56,739 nt of DNA from Firmicutes bacterium UBA2296 (GCA_002345475.1 DDWC01000133.1:1-56739), one strand, 5' to 3'. Positions 27,154 to 37,993 are shown, counted from the stretch's first letter. Numbers and translations are program-made. The notes: a model not told the origin generated them from the letters alone.

Positions 27154-28351
27154 GTATGAATCCCAGCGCCAGCAGTGTCACTGAGATGGCCAGAATTGGG
27201 TACAAGTACTCTCTGTAGAGTTTCATGATATCGCAACGGAAGTGGGCCAATGTTAGCACCTGACAGAGATGCAGAGGCGAAGCAAAATAGCCGACGAAGG
27301 AAGAAGTGTAGGCCGCTACCGTGCCAAAGAGAACCAGGTCGGTGCTTTGCATCGCTGGTAAAAGCAGAGGGAGAGTGAGCCCCAGAGCCGAGGTGTTAGA
27401 GGCTGAGACTATTCCGGCCACAAAGGGCAAGATCACGAAGAGCGCCCGCGCCGGCAGCCCGGCCGCAAGCATGTTTTCGATTAGAACCGGGAGCGCGTCC
27501 ACTTGGCTGGTAACGGCCTTAAACACCATGATTCCCACGCCAGAAAGCACTATCGGCCAGTTTATTCCTTTGTACAGTAACATAGGAATGCGCGAGACGG
27601 CCACCCTGGCCACAGCGAAAGCTACTCCCATGCCTACCAATAGAGCAACAGGGAAGGGCAGCCCAAAAGCAACCGTCAAGGTCAGGCTGACCCAGATCGG
27701 CGCGGTATAGGCGGTGAGCCTGCCCACATCAGCGGCGGTGGGCGCAGGTTTGTCTTTACCTTTGTCAGGTACTCCGTGCAGGAAGGTGAAATATCCCGCG
27801 ACAAGAACGGCTACGCTCAGAGGAATCTGGGCCACCAGGAGCCGGTTCAGCTCCAGACCCGTTATGCTGGTGACCATGACGAAGGCGGGCATAAGTGGGT
27901 AAACAAAGTACCAGCCGTGCCGGAAGAGCAGATTGATGGCCGCCATTCTTTCAGGTGGCAAATCCAGTTCTTTACCCAGTTCTTCAACAGTGGGAGCTGA
28001 CATAATTGCTCCTCCGGTCACCAGCAAGGTACCGATGATTGAAGGCACAAACATGATTGTCAGTTTTGTGCTGCGCAGCACTGTTTGCAGCGAGCCCACC
28101 ATTCGGGATAACAATGATTCCTTTTGCATTATCGAGCCGAGCATACTGATCATGCCCAGAGTAAGAATCAGGTTGATCGAAGCCGGTTCCAGCAAACCGT
28201 GATAGGCGATTGTTATGATCTCCAGCGGGTTTTTCCCCGAGGTAAGCCCCACAATTGCTGCACCCGTGAGCAGAGCGGGCCCCAGGGGAACCTTCCGTTG
28301 TACGAGAAGTGTGATGACGATAAATGCAATGGCTATGCCGGCGATGGCCAT
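27149..28351 (-). CDS. Polytopic membrane protein, probably DUF401 family (transporter-like)
   Basis: 400 aa with about 10-12 TMs. N-terminus MAIAGIAIAFIVITLLVQRKVPLGPALLTG resembles DUF401 proteins as I remember them. Confidence 0.45.
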   Translation of the reverse strand: MAIAGIAIAFIVITLLVQRKVPLGPALLTGAAIVGLTSGKNPLEIITIAYHGLLEPASINLILTLGMISMLGSIMQKESLLSRMVGSLQTVLRSTKLTIMFVPSIIGTLLVTGGAIMSAPTVEELGKELDLPPERMAAINLLFRHGWYFVYPLMPAFVMVTSITGLELNRLLVAQIPLSVAVLVAGYFTFLHGVPDKGKDKPAPTAADVGRLTAYTAPIWVSLTLTVAFGLPFPVALLVGMGVAFAVARVAVSRIPMLLYKGINWPIVLSGVGIMVFKAVTSQVDALPVLIENMLAAGLPARALFVILPFVAGIVSASNTSALGLTLPLLLPAMQSTDLVLFGTVAAYTSSFVGYFASPLHLCQVLTLAHFRCDIMKLYREYLYPILAISVTLLALGFIL

Positions 28352-28368
28352 CCAATCATGCCTCCAAT

Positions 28369-29169
28369 TCAGTTTTCCTCAGTTGTGTTGCTGTTCATCA
28401 GATTTATGTAGCGAGGCTTGAGTTCGGCCCGGGTCAATTTGCGAGGCCATTGCTCCAGCGGGCTACCGTTGCGCATGGCGGCTGTGAGGTTATCAAAAAC
28501 GCATCCGTTCTCCAAGTCCAAATCTCTTATGAGGTCTTTGACCTTTTGCCGGATGGTGTGCTTGTCCAGAGGGCAGGGGCTCTTGTGGGGAGTGAAAGGG
28601 ATGTGGCGCTGACCGTATACTATCTCCCGCTCGCGGAAGTAACACAGAGGGCGGATGACGGTGATATCGTTCTTGTCGAGGAACGTAGTGGGCTGAAAAG
28701 TGGTCATCTGGCCGGAATACAGAGTACTCATCAGGAAAGTCTCAACAGCGTCATCCAGATGATGAGCATAAGCGATCTTGTTATAGCCATGGGCCTTGGC
28801 CATACTGACCAGGGCGCCTCGACGCAAATGGGCACACTTTGCACAAGGGCTCTTGTCATTTCCGGACAAGATGAACTCCCCGGCGTCAACTCTGTCGCTG
28901 TAAAAAGGCATCTCAAGGCTTTGGACAAAAGATTGCAGGCTCACAAAATCGACGGGTTCTTCAGAAAGGCCCAGGTCCAGCGTTGCCGCTCCCAGCTCAA
29001 AATCAAAGGGTCGCGAATCGCGGGCGCAGGCGAGGGCGTAAGTCAGGAAACTGCTATCCTTCCCTCCGGACAGGCCGATGAGAACCTTGTCGCCGGGCCT
29101 CAGCATATCAAATTCGACTATAGCTCTCCAGAGCTTGCGGATGTAGTCTTTGGGGAGTGATCTTCGCAT
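28369..29169 (-). CDS. PP-loop ATP pyrophosphatase, TtcA-like tRNA thiolation enzyme
   Basis: GLSGGKDS PP-loop, CAKCAHLRRG, HHLDDAVETF, and C-terminal CP...K motif. Confidence 0.75.
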   Translation of the reverse strand: MRRSLPKDYIRKLWRAIVEFDMLRPGDKVLIGLSGGKDSSFLTYALACARDSRPFDFELGAATLDLGLSEEPVDFVSLQSFVQSLEMPFYSDRVDAGEFILSGNDKSPCAKCAHLRRGALVSMAKAHGYNKIAYAHHLDDAVETFLMSTLYSGQMTTFQPTTFLDKNDITVIRPLCYFREREIVYGQRHIPFTPHKSPCPLDKHTIRQKVKDLIRDLDLENGCVFDNLTAAMRNGSPLEQWPRKLTRAELKPRYINLMNSNTTEEN

Positions 29170-29354
29170 GCATTACCTGGCCTTTCGTCTTCACAAAACT
29201 TTAGTGTTTATTATACATGGTTTGCACGCTTACTAGTATACAGTATCTTTTTGCTATCGAACAACATGCGGAGGTCCGGTACTCAAATGAGAAAAATACC
29301 TTACCTTGACGGCAGTGCCCTGTAGTAAATAAACTTAAAGCGAAATACGAAGGG

Positions 29355-31202
29355 GTGAATAGCGTGGCTGTGCTGGTGGCAAAAGACATTACGGTATATT
29401 ATGCCGATGTACTCATATTGGATAAGGTTTCGCTACAGCTGTCTGCAGGCGAAAAAGTTGCCCTAATCGGGCAGAATGGAACAGGCAAGACTACCCTGCT
29501 CAAAGTGATTGCCGGAAGGTTACGGCAGGAGGAGGGTACAGTTGCCTTTGCCGGCGATGCCCGTGTACATTATCTGGATCAGCAACCGTCCTTTACACCG
29601 GGGATGTCGTTGTTTGCTGCAGTGTCGGAAGTGTTCGCTCCTCTGCGCGCGCTGGAAACACAGCTGCGTGAGCTCGAAGCCCAGATGGCGAGTTCACACG
29701 GCCTGGACAAAACTATGCGCAAGTATGCTCAGCTGACCGACGACTACGAGATGCGCGGTGGGTACGAGTACGAAAGCCGGGTTAAGACAGTGTTGGCTGG
29801 AGTTGGCTTCAAGGAGGAGCACTTTGACCAGGATGTGATCAGTCTTAGTGGTGGGCAGAAGGTGCGAGCCGCACTGGCCAAGGCTTTGCTCGAGGAACCA
29901 GAGGTGCTGCTACTGGACGAGCCAACCAACCACCTGGACCTGGAAGCAGTGGAGTGGCTGGAGTCCTTTATGCCTAACTACCGCGGGGCCGTGTTGCTGG
30001 TATCCCACGACAGGCACTTTCTTGACAAGGTAGTCACCCGTTGCATAGAACTTGAGCAGCACAAAACTACCGAGTATGCAGGTAACTTCAGCAAGTATCG
30101 TGCTCTTAAGGCTCAGAACCTGGCAGGTCTCGAAGAGAGATACACCAGAGAACAGGCCGAAATGAAACGAATGAGCAAGTGGATAAGCAAGTTTAAGGCC
30201 GGAACCAGGTCCACCATGGCCAAGAGCATGGAAAAGAAGCTTGCCCGCATAGCCACCAGGGCTGTTGACCGGCCGCGTCAAAAGCAGTCCTTGCGCTTGT
30301 CTGTAAACGAGTCGCGGCGCTCTGGGCGTGATGTCCTGGTGCTGGAGAACTTTCAGGTTGGGTATGATGGCAAGATGCTTTTTGCGCCCTTTTCGGCTGA
30401 AGTGAAGCGCGGAGAACGCCTGGCGTTGCTGGGAGTAAACGGTAGTGGCAAGACGTCGCTCCTGCGCGCTCTGACAGGGAAGCTTTGTTACCGGGGGGTT
30501 GTCAAGATTAGTCCCACTGCCCATGTAGGTTATTTCGATCAGCAGCTTGAACTCCTCGCGCCAAACGGCAGAGTTGTTGATGAGATCATGGCCTACGCAC
30601 CCCTGACAGAAAATGAAGCACGCTCACACCTGGCGCGGTTTCTTTTTCGCGGCGATCTGGTCTGGCAGAGTGTTTCGACGCTCTCAGGAGGAGAACGCAA
30701 TCGCCTGAACATGGCTAAGCTCCTGCTCTCTGGATTTAACGTTCTTATTCTGGACGAGCCCACCAACCATCTGGACATAGAGAGCCGCGAAGCTCTGGAG
30801 AGAGCCTTGTTGGCCTACACCGGCACGATTATCTTTGTATCCCACGACCGCTATTTCCTGAACAAACTGGCTACTCGTCTGTGGCAAATAGACGGCGGAA
30901 GGATAATAGACCATCGCACCAACTACAGTGACTGGCGTCAGTTAATCCAAAGATCTGCGCCGGGGCCCGGGCAGCGCTCTCGCGCCGTCAAAAGGCCACC
31001 CGCAAGGGGAGACACGGACATGCAAAACTTGGAGCGTGAGATTGAGCGACTGGAGAAAGAGAAGGTGGATTTCGAGGAGCAAATGGCTGGGCGAGATTTT
31101 TTCAGCCTTCCCGAAGGAGGAAAAAGTATCATCACGCGCTATAATAGAGTCTGTAGCCGCCTGCGTGATCTCTACGAGCAATGGGAGCGCATGGCACAAT
31201 AG
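29355..31202 (+). CDS. ABC-F family ATPase (two ABC domains, C-terminal coiled-coil; Uup/YdiF-like)
   Basis: GQNGTGKTT and GVNGSGKTS Walker A motifs, two LSGG signatures, LLLDEPTNHLD twice. The start may be the GTG at 29364. Confidence 0.85.
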   Translation: MNSVAVLVAKDITVYYADVLILDKVSLQLSAGEKVALIGQNGTGKTTLLKVIAGRLRQEEGTVAFAGDARVHYLDQQPSFTPGMSLFAAVSEVFAPLRALETQLRELEAQMASSHGLDKTMRKYAQLTDDYEMRGGYEYESRVKTVLAGVGFKEEHFDQDVISLSGGQKVRAALAKALLEEPEVLLLDEPTNHLDLEAVEWLESFMPNYRGAVLLVSHDRHFLDKVVTRCIELEQHKTTEYAGNFSKYRALKAQNLAGLEERYTREQAEMKRMSKWISKFKAGTRSTMAKSMEKKLARIATRAVDRPRQKQSLRLSVNESRRSGRDVLVLENFQVGYDGKMLFAPFSAEVKRGERLALLGVNGSGKTSLLRALTGKLCYRGVVKISPTAHVGYFDQQLELLAPNGRVVDEIMAYAPLTENEARSHLARFLFRGDLVWQSVSTLSGGERNRLNMAKLLLSGFNVLILDEPTNHLDIESREALERALLAYTGTIIFVSHDRYFLNKLATRLWQIDGGRIIDHRTNYSDWRQLIQRSAPGPGQRSRAVKRPPARGDTDMQNLEREIERLEKEKVDFEEQMAGRDFFSLPEGGKSIITRYNRVCSRLRDLYEQWERMAQ

Positions 31203-31218
31203 ACCGGAGGTATGACGT

Positions 31219-32397
31219 GTGAGCCAGAGAATATACTTGACAGACCCAACGTGCGAGCAGTTTGCAGGGAAGGTCGTTTCACGCCGTGAAGAAGACGGCA
31301 GCTGGTGGCTGGAACTTGACCGCACGTGTTTTTACGTTGAGGGAGGAGGCCAGCCTTCAGATGCAGGAACCATAGGTGCCGCGAATGTTCTGCGTGTATT
31401 CGAGCACGAAGGCCATGTGTGGCACGTGGTAGATAGGCCGGTTCCCGAAAATGATGTGATTGGCCGAGTGAATATGGCCGTGCGCCACGACTACTCCGTG
31501 CAGCACACCGGGCAGCACATCCTTTCGCAAGCCTATTGGCGACTCTTTGCAGCGGCTACCAGCAGTTTTCACCTGACGGACAAGTCAGTGAGCATTGACC
31601 TCTCGCTCGGGGATATGACCGAAGCGCAAATTGCTGCAGGCGAGGCGCTGGCAAATGAAATTATAAGACGGGGACTGCCCATCGGTACTTCTTTCCACGA
31701 CGACCGGGAAACCCTCCCTGAAGAACTGCGCAAGAGCCCTGTGGTTAAAGGTCCCATACGGTTGGTGTCGGTGGGCGACTTTGATATGTGCCCCTGTGGG
31801 GGGACGCATGTCGCAACTACGGCTGAGGTGCAGTTTATCAAGGTGCTGGCCACAGAGCGCACCCGCGGCCGCACTCGCGTCATTTTTGTGTGCGGGGAGC
31901 GAGCCCTCAGAGAGTATGCACGGCGGATAGCCAGTGACAACGTTTTGGCACAAATGTTGTCCGCTCCTTATGCAGAGCAACCGGAAGCCATCGAGCGACT
32001 GCTGACCACTGAGAAGGAGCTGAGGAGAGAGCGCACTCGTCTGAGTCGGGAGCTTATGGAGTACCGCGCCGTTTCAGCCAGTCCCCACAGCACTTTTACC
32101 TGGGGGACATATTTTGAGTTCCCAGAATGGAACGAAGAAATGGATGACGCTAAATATCTGCTGGCGGCGATATCCAGAATGCGCAGGCCTGCTGTGGCGG
32201 TGCTGGTAATGCCCCAGGACCCAGCAAGGATTTTTATTAGCAGTAGCTCAGCGCTCGAGGCTGGTGCGATGCTTAGACAACTGTATGCGAAGTATGACGG
32301 CAAAGGCGGAGGTAACGCCCATGCGGCACAGGGTTCACTTCCCGCAGCACAGGTTCAGGATGCCTTAGAAACACTGCGAGAGACACTGTCGCAGTAG
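31219..32397 (+). CDS. Alanyl-tRNA editing protein (AlaX-L type, with DHHA1-like C-terminus)
   Basis: HTGQHIL ... CPCGGTHV zinc/editing motifs. C-terminal GKGGGNAHAAQG. Confidence 0.75.
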   Translation: MSQRIYLTDPTCEQFAGKVVSRREEDGSWWLELDRTCFYVEGGGQPSDAGTIGAANVLRVFEHEGHVWHVVDRPVPENDVIGRVNMAVRHDYSVQHTGQHILSQAYWRLFAAATSSFHLTDKSVSIDLSLGDMTEAQIAAGEALANEIIRRGLPIGTSFHDDRETLPEELRKSPVVKGPIRLVSVGDFDMCPCGGTHVATTAEVQFIKVLATERTRGRTRVIFVCGERALREYARRIASDNVLAQMLSAPYAEQPEAIERLLTTEKELRRERTRLSRELMEYRAVSASPHSTFTWGTYFEFPEWNEEMDDAKYLLAAISRMRRPAVAVLVMPQDPARIFISSSSALEAGAMLRQLYAKYDGKGGGNAHAAQGSLPAAQVQDALETLRETLSQ

Positions 32398-32410
32398 GTT
32401 TAGCGCACGA

Positions 32411-32449
32411 AAAAACGAGAGGTCGGGCATGCCCCGTCCCTCTCGTTTT
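32411..32449. terminator. Bidirectional terminator between convergent genes
   Basis: AAACGAGAGG..CGGGCATGCCCCG..CCCTCTCGTTTT imperfect hairpin flanked by an A-run and a T-run. Confidence 0.65.
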
Positions 32450-32458
32450 AGTTTGCTT

Positions 32459-33655
32459 CTAGCGCAGTCCCCTTGGCAGGCTGGCCGTAGCGTACGGCAT
32501 AACACCGATTTTGCTCGCCGATGTTATTTGTGTCATACTTAGAGCTTCCTCGAGACTGGTCGCGGGCATAAAGCCCATGGACTTTACCAGGCTGGGCGGC
32601 AGTTCGGACACCAGTACGGCGCCACCCAACTTGCCCAGGGCTCGAGTGGCCAGGAAAGCCTTGTGGGCTCCAACCATGAAGTGGCTTCTGACCATCTCCT
32701 CCTGTTCACTTCTGCCCCGCAGCGCCCAGTCCTCATAGAGCGCAGACCCAACCCCTTCCGGACATTGTGCCAGAAGTACAAGCCTTCCTCCCGGTCGGCA
32801 AGCCAGCGCAGCCATCTCCAGAGCCTTTATAGCCTGGTACAGGTTGATATCGCGAGGCAACCCTCCAGCCGAGGCAATAATCAGATCGTAGGGCTCATCT
32901 AGGGGAACGGCAGCTGCGCGCAAGGCCAGCTCTGCCGCCAGCCCATGGGCTTGAGCCACCCTGCCCATGTGGTAACCTATGGGGGTGCCGTCCGGAGCCA
33001 ACGCCTCGTTGATTATCAGTGGCTCGCCCAGCAGGGAAACTGCCTCGAGAAGGTCCAGATACAGCGGGTTATCGATAAGACGCCCTGGAGCGGCCTTTTC
33101 ATCCAGCAAGAGACTATGGTTGGCGGTGATGGTCTCACGGGCGGCGCAGCCGGGCACAAAGTGCTTTGGACCGCCGCTAAGACCGGCAAAGGGGTGTACC
33201 GCCACACTGCCGATGCCGACCAGCACCTCGGCAGACAGAAGAGTCTCATTCACCCTCACCGGTGTGCCGCGACGGGTGACTCCCAGGTTGACCATTCTGG
33301 AACTGTCACAATCGTGCACATGCACGTCTGCTCCGGGAGCTAATGCACTGAGTTCATCGAGAAAGGACTTGCCAGGAGCCACATGGGCTCCACAGGCGAC
33401 TACAATGGTAACCTGAGCCTTTCCCCCCATCAGCGGCATCAAGTGCGGCAGAACCCGCCTGTGCGCGTCAGGGCGAGTGTTGTCTGGCACGACCAGCGTC
33501 ACTCTGCGCGCCGCCTGAAGGTTCGAAATGTACGTTCTGTTATCAGCGTGGACAAACATTTCTTCAAGTGAAGGGCCGTTTGTGCCCGGTGAGGGCAGCA
33601 ACAAGTCAGCTGCAATATCCAGATCAAAGTGCGTATGCCCGTAAGGAATCTGCAT
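32459..33655 (-). CDS. LarA-like nickel-pincer-dependent racemase/epimerase family protein (DUF2088)
   Basis: About 400 aa. VPDNTRP, ACGAHV and HPFAGLSGGPK motifs in LarA order. ATG 6 nt after GGAGGTG. No larBCE genes in the window. Confidence 0.65.
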   Translation of the reverse strand: MQIPYGHTHFDLDIAADLLLPSPGTNGPSLEEMFVHADNRTYISNLQAARRVTLVVPDNTRPDAHRRVLPHLMPLMGGKAQVTIVVACGAHVAPGKSFLDELSALAPGADVHVHDCDSSRMVNLGVTRRGTPVRVNETLLSAEVLVGIGSVAVHPFAGLSGGPKHFVPGCAARETITANHSLLLDEKAAPGRLIDNPLYLDLLEAVSLLGEPLIINEALAPDGTPIGYHMGRVAQAHGLAAELALRAAAVPLDEPYDLIIASAGGLPRDINLYQAIKALEMAALACRPGGRLVLLAQCPEGVGSALYEDWALRGRSEQEEMVRSHFMVGAHKAFLATRALGKLGGAVLVSELPPSLVKSMGFMPATSLEEALSMTQITSASKIGVMPYATASLPRGLR

Positions 33656-33798
33656 GAGGAACACCTCCAATGTAAATGTAGACCATCACTGTGGCATTGG
33701 CAAGCCATGCCTGCAGGCAAAACTTGCCCGAATCAAGGTAGGACTTCAACCCGCTTTAAGCGAAGATATAAATATCTGGAGATCCGGAGGTTAGAAAC

Positions 33799-36700
33799 GT
33801 GGACTTTGCGCACCTGCACGTGCATACCGAGTTTAGCTTGCTCGACGGCTTTGCCCGCATCAAAGAGCTAGTTAAACATGTAAAAGCAAGAGGAATGACG
33901 TCTGTCGCTATAACCGATCACGGCAGCATGTATGGCGTGATCGATTTTTATCGTGCCGCCAAAGAAGAGGGTATCAAACCCATTATCGGTTGTGAGGTAT
34001 ACGTGGCTCCGCGCAGCCGGCTTCAGCGCGATGCCGGCACAGATGACCAGACTACCCATCTGGTATTGCTGGCCATGAATCAGACAGGCTACCACAACCT
34101 TATCCGTCTGGTCAGCCTTGGCTTTACTGAAGGTTTCTATTATCGCCCTCGCGTGGACTGGGAACTGCTGGAGACATACAGCGAGGGGATTATTGCCCTT
34201 AGCGCATGCCTGGGCGGGGATATCCCGCAGGCATTGCTGATGAAGGATGAAGAAGGTGCCAGAGAGCTTGCCCGGCGTTTCTCTGCGCTCTATCCGGGGC
34301 GTTTCTATCTCGAGTTGCAGGAACATGGACTTCCTGAGCAGAAACCCGTCAATATTTCTCTGCTCAGAATTGCAGAAGAGTTGCAACTGCCCCTGGTGGT
34401 AACCAACGACTGCCATTACGTGACCCCAGAGGAGCACAAGGCCCACGACGTGCTGTTGTGTATTCAGACCGGCAAGGTGCAGACAGATGTCAACCGTATG
34501 CGCTTTGTGGAGGGATTCTACGTAAACGATCCGGAGGAGTTCTTCGACCGCATGTCGTACATCCCCCGGGAGACTTTGCAGAGAGCTATCGCCAACACGG
34601 CGGACATCGCCTCCCAATGTAACGTGGAATTTTCTTTTGGGGAGCTTCATCTTCCTCATTTCGAGATACCATCCGGCTACACTGAGTCATCATATCTCAA
34701 ACATCTCTGTTATGAGAGGCTCAAATGGCGTTACGAGAGTCCAGGTCCGGAAGTGATGGAACGCCTGGAGTACGAACTCGACGTGTTGGACCGCGCCGGT
34801 TACGCCGGCTATTTCCTCATCGTCCAGGACTTTACCACCTTTGCCCGGGAGCATAACATTCCGGTGGGTCCGGGCCGGGGTTCAGCTGTAGGTTCGCTGG
34901 TTGCATACATTCTGGGCATTACTGACCTCGATCCCTTACCCTACGACTTGCTCTTTGAACGTTTCCTGCATATGGAGCGGGTCAGTATGCCTGATATCGA
35001 TATCGACTTCTGTTACGAGCGGCGGGATGAAGTTATTTCCTACGTGACAGACAAGTACGGGCATGACAACGTCTGTCAGATTATCACCTTTGGGACTCTC
35101 GGCGCCCGTGCAGTGGTCCGTGATGTAGCCAGGGTACTGGGACTGCCCCTTAACGAAGCCGACCGGTTGGCTAAACTAGTCCCCGAAGAACTCAATATCA
35201 CCCTTAATGATGCGCTGGAAAAATCTCAGGAGCTAGGCGCCCTGTACACCACCGATGCCAGAGTGCGTGAACTCCTCGATATCGCCCGGTCTCTCGAAGG
35301 AATGCCTCGACACTCCTCGGTTCATGCCGCAGGCGTAGTGATTACCCCCGAACCTTTGACTAACCTGATTCCCCTGGCTCGATCAGGGCAAGCCGTCATT
35401 ACACAGTTCAATATGAACACCGTAATGGATCTCGGCCTTCTCAAGATGGATTTTCTGGGTCTCCGCACACTGACCGTAATTCATGACTGCATTAAACTAG
35501 TGCAAAAGTCGCGGGGAGAGAAGCTCGATTTCACAGAAATTGGTTACAATGACAAAGAGACCTACGATATGCTTTCCCGCGGCGAAGCACTTGGAGTGTT
35601 CCAGCTTGAGGGTGGCGGCATGCGCAATTTCTTCGCCAAGCTTCGCCCCAACAGCTTTGAAGATATCATCGCTGGAATCTCTCTATTTCGTCCGGGCCCC
35701 ATGGAGCAGATCCCGCGATACTTGCAGAACCGCGAGAGTCCCGCAGACATAACCTATGCTGATCCCCGTCTTGAGTCCATACTCAAGGTGACATATGGCT
35801 GCCTGGTGTACCAGGAACAGGTACAGCAGGTCGTGCGCGAGCTGGCTGGATATTCTCTGGGGCGCGCCGATATGGTTCGGCGGGCTATGGCCAAGAAGAA
35901 ACCGGAAATCATGGAACTCGAGCGCGAGTCCTTTCTGCACGGGGTCAGGAATGAAGAAACAGGAGAGGTGGAGGTTCCGGGCGCGCTGGCCAAGGGAGTG
36001 CCCGAGGATGTTGCCAATCAGGTGTTCAACGAGATGGCCGAGTTCGCCAAATATGCTTTTAATAAGTCCCATGGCGCAGGCTATGCTGTGCTTGCCTATC
36101 AGACGGCTTATCTCAAGTGTCATTATCCCGCTGAGTATATGGCCGCGCTGATGTCCTCAGTGGCCGGGAACACTGACAAGCTTAAGCTCTATCTGGAGGA
36201 GTGTAAACGCCTGGGGATCAAGGTCCTGGCACCGGACATCAACGAGAGCAGCGCCGCTTTCACCGTTTCTGGTTCGGACATACGTTTTGGCCTGATGGCC
36301 ATTAAGAACGTGGGGGCCAAGGTCATCGAGCCCATAGTTGAACGGCGAAAATCTGGACCTTACCAGTCGCTCTTCGATTTCCTCTCGCGCCTGGATGATG
36401 TCTCTCTCAATCGGCGCGTTTTGGAATATCTTATCAAGGCAGGGGCATTGGCTTCGCTTGGGCTCAACCGCAGGCAGTTTTTGTCTATGCTGGACGAGTG
36501 TCTGGAAAAATGTCAGATTGCGCGGCGAAACCGGGAAAGCGGCCAGCTTTCCATATTTGAGCTAATGGAGGACTGTGCCGAGAGCGTGGTGGAAGTAACT
36601 GCGCCTGACATCCCCGATTTTGCCGTGGCGGAAGTTCTGGAAATGGAAAAAGAGCTACTTGGCTTCTACGTATCCGGGCACCCTCTCGACCCTTATCGGG

Positions 36701-37272
36701 TAGCCATGCGTCGCGCATCTTCTCACATTTCGCAGGATCTTGCGGAGTGCGAGGACAAGTCTGAAGTAGTTCTGGCAGGGATAATCACCGAGCTAAGGCC
36801 CGTTGTTACCCGCGGTGGCAAGAACATGGCTTTTCTCCAGTTGGAGGACTTCGCAGGTTCTTTTGAAGCGGTTGTTTTCCCCCGGGAATACGATAAGTGT
36901 GCAGACAAGCTGGCCCCAAACCGTGTGGTCAGTGTGCGGGGTCAGGTGAACCACCGGGATCAGCGGACTTCACTGGCTGTTTCCGAAATGAAGCTGCTAA
37001 CGCCACAAACGGGAGAAGTGTGGGAGGATGTCACGCCGCAAAGTGTTATACTTACCCTCACTTCGGCAGAGCGGGAGTTGATGCTGCGCGTAAGGAGCCT
37101 GCTTCAGAAGAACGGTGGGAAAGTCCCCGTGTTCCTCCGTTTTGCCGAACAGCCAGAGCTGATAAAGGTGAATGATGAAATGAATGTCTGCGGTTCCCAG
37201 CAGCTGCTGGCTGATCTCAGAGGCTGTCTCGGACGCGAATGCGTCGAAGTAACATATAGCAAAGGACACTAG
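33799..37272 (+). CDS. dnaE: DNA polymerase III alpha subunit
   Basis: FAHLHVHTEFSLLDG PHP start, GPGRGSAVGSLVAY, MPDIDIDF, C-terminal OB fold. 1157 aa. Confidence 0.95.
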   Translation: MDFAHLHVHTEFSLLDGFARIKELVKHVKARGMTSVAITDHGSMYGVIDFYRAAKEEGIKPIIGCEVYVAPRSRLQRDAGTDDQTTHLVLLAMNQTGYHNLIRLVSLGFTEGFYYRPRVDWELLETYSEGIIALSACLGGDIPQALLMKDEEGARELARRFSALYPGRFYLELQEHGLPEQKPVNISLLRIAEELQLPLVVTNDCHYVTPEEHKAHDVLLCIQTGKVQTDVNRMRFVEGFYVNDPEEFFDRMSYIPRETLQRAIANTADIASQCNVEFSFGELHLPHFEIPSGYTESSYLKHLCYERLKWRYESPGPEVMERLEYELDVLDRAGYAGYFLIVQDFTTFAREHNIPVGPGRGSAVGSLVAYILGITDLDPLPYDLLFERFLHMERVSMPDIDIDFCYERRDEVISYVTDKYGHDNVCQIITFGTLGARAVVRDVARVLGLPLNEADRLAKLVPEELNITLNDALEKSQELGALYTTDARVRELLDIARSLEGMPRHSSVHAAGVVITPEPLTNLIPLARSGQAVITQFNMNTVMDLGLLKMDFLGLRTLTVIHDCIKLVQKSRGEKLDFTEIGYNDKETYDMLSRGEALGVFQLEGGGMRNFFAKLRPNSFEDIIAGISLFRPGPMEQIPRYLQNRESPADITYADPRLESILKVTYGCLVYQEQVQQVVRELAGYSLGRADMVRRAMAKKKPEIMELERESFLHGVRNEETGEVEVPGALAKGVPEDVANQVFNEMAEFAKYAFNKSHGAGYAVLAYQTAYLKCHYPAEYMAALMSSVAGNTDKLKLYLEECKRLGIKVLAPDINESSAAFTVSGSDIRFGLMAIKNVGAKVIEPIVERRKSGPYQSLFDFLSRLDDVSLNRRVLEYLIKAGALASLGLNRRQFLSMLDECLEKCQIARRNRESGQLSIFELMEDCAESVVEVTAPDIPDFAVAEVLEMEKELLGFYVSGHPLDPYRVAMRRASSHISQDLAECEDKSEVVLAGIITELRPVVTRGGKNMAFLQLEDFAGSFEAVVFPREYDKCADKLAPNRVVSVRGQVNHRDQRTSLAVSEMKLLTPQTGEVWEDVTPQSVILTLTSAERELMLRVRSLLQKNGGKVPVFLRFAEQPELIKVNDEMNVCGSQQLLADLRGCLGRECVEVTYSKGH

Positions 37273-37282
37273 GAGGTTTACG

Positions 37283-37750
37283 ATGAGAGATTTGGTCATT
37301 GAGATGCTGAAAGAGCGAGGAGTCGCCATACAGGACGTCGCCCAGATCGTACTGGATCTGCAGCGACCATATAATCCCGCTCTTACTATGGAGCAGTGCC
37401 TGGACAGCGTGTTTAACGTGCTTGACAAGAGAGAAGTGCAACATTGTATAGTCACCGGAGTCACCCTCGATAGCTACGCGGAAAAGGGTCTGCTCCCTGA
37501 ACCTTTACAGACCCTTATGCGCCAGGATAATCCCCTTTATGGCGTCGACGAGATTCTGGCTGTGGGTATAACCAATGTGTATGGGACCATAGGATTGACG
37601 AACTTCGGTTACCTGGACAAGGTAAAGCCGGGGATATTGGCCCAGCTCAACAACAAGGAAAGCTCCATGGTTCACACTTTCCTGGATGATATTGTCGCGG
37701 CCCTGGCTGCTGCTGCTTCCGCGCGGCTGGCACACAACAGGCGGGATTAA
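37283..37750 (+). CDS. PgpA/YutG family phosphatidylglycerophosphatase A-like protein
   Basis: Collinear with B. subtilis YutG: LYGVDEILA..TNVYG.IG.TN.GY.DK.KPGIL..L...VHTFLDDIV.A.AAAA.ARLAH. Confidence 0.7.
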   Translation: MRDLVIEMLKERGVAIQDVAQIVLDLQRPYNPALTMEQCLDSVFNVLDKREVQHCIVTGVTLDSYAEKGLLPEPLQTLMRQDNPLYGVDEILAVGITNVYGTIGLTNFGYLDKVKPGILAQLNNKESSMVHTFLDDIVAALAAAASARLAHNRRD

Positions 37751-37786
37751 TGGGAGCACATTTCGCAGGTGAAGGCAGGTAATGTT

Positions 37787-37993
37787 ATGCTCCGGGTAGT
37801 ATATGTAGCTTCGTCGCGCAGAATAGCCGAGCTGCTGCAGAAGGCTCTGGAAAGTAGCGGTTTGCTGGCATCTCTCAGGCTTGCTGTGGGTGAAGATGGC
37901 CCCTGTGAGTTGCTTGTGCCCGTTTCGGAGATCGAAGAGGCAATGGAGATAATCAATCAGAATTTGTGCAGGTTGGGGAAGGTGAACAGATAG
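37787..37993 (+). CDS. Small hypothetical protein (DUF2007-like?)
   Basis: 68 aa, MLRVVYVASSRRIAELLQKALESSGL...; weak resemblance only. Its stop overlaps the pfkA start. Confidence 0.3.
   Translation: MLRVVYVASSRRIAELLQKALESSGLLASLRLAVGEDGPCELLVPVSEIEEAMEIINQNLCRLGKVNR

Noticed and set aside
26905-27159. An 84-aa ORF spanning the repeat-rich spacer between the GHKL-like gene and the DUF401-like gene. Similarly, small ORFs lie in 47796-48048.
   Set aside because: No RBS, low-complexity translation driven by the repeats, and no family resemblance.
29297-29335. A 12-codon uORF (MRKIPYLDGSAL) with an upstream GGAGG in the leader of the ABC-F gene, reminiscent of ARE-ABC-F attenuators.
   Set aside because: The RBS spacing is long. 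I could not find an alternative terminator/antiterminator structure. The ABC-F looks like a housekeeping Uup/YdiF type with a C-terminal coiled coil.
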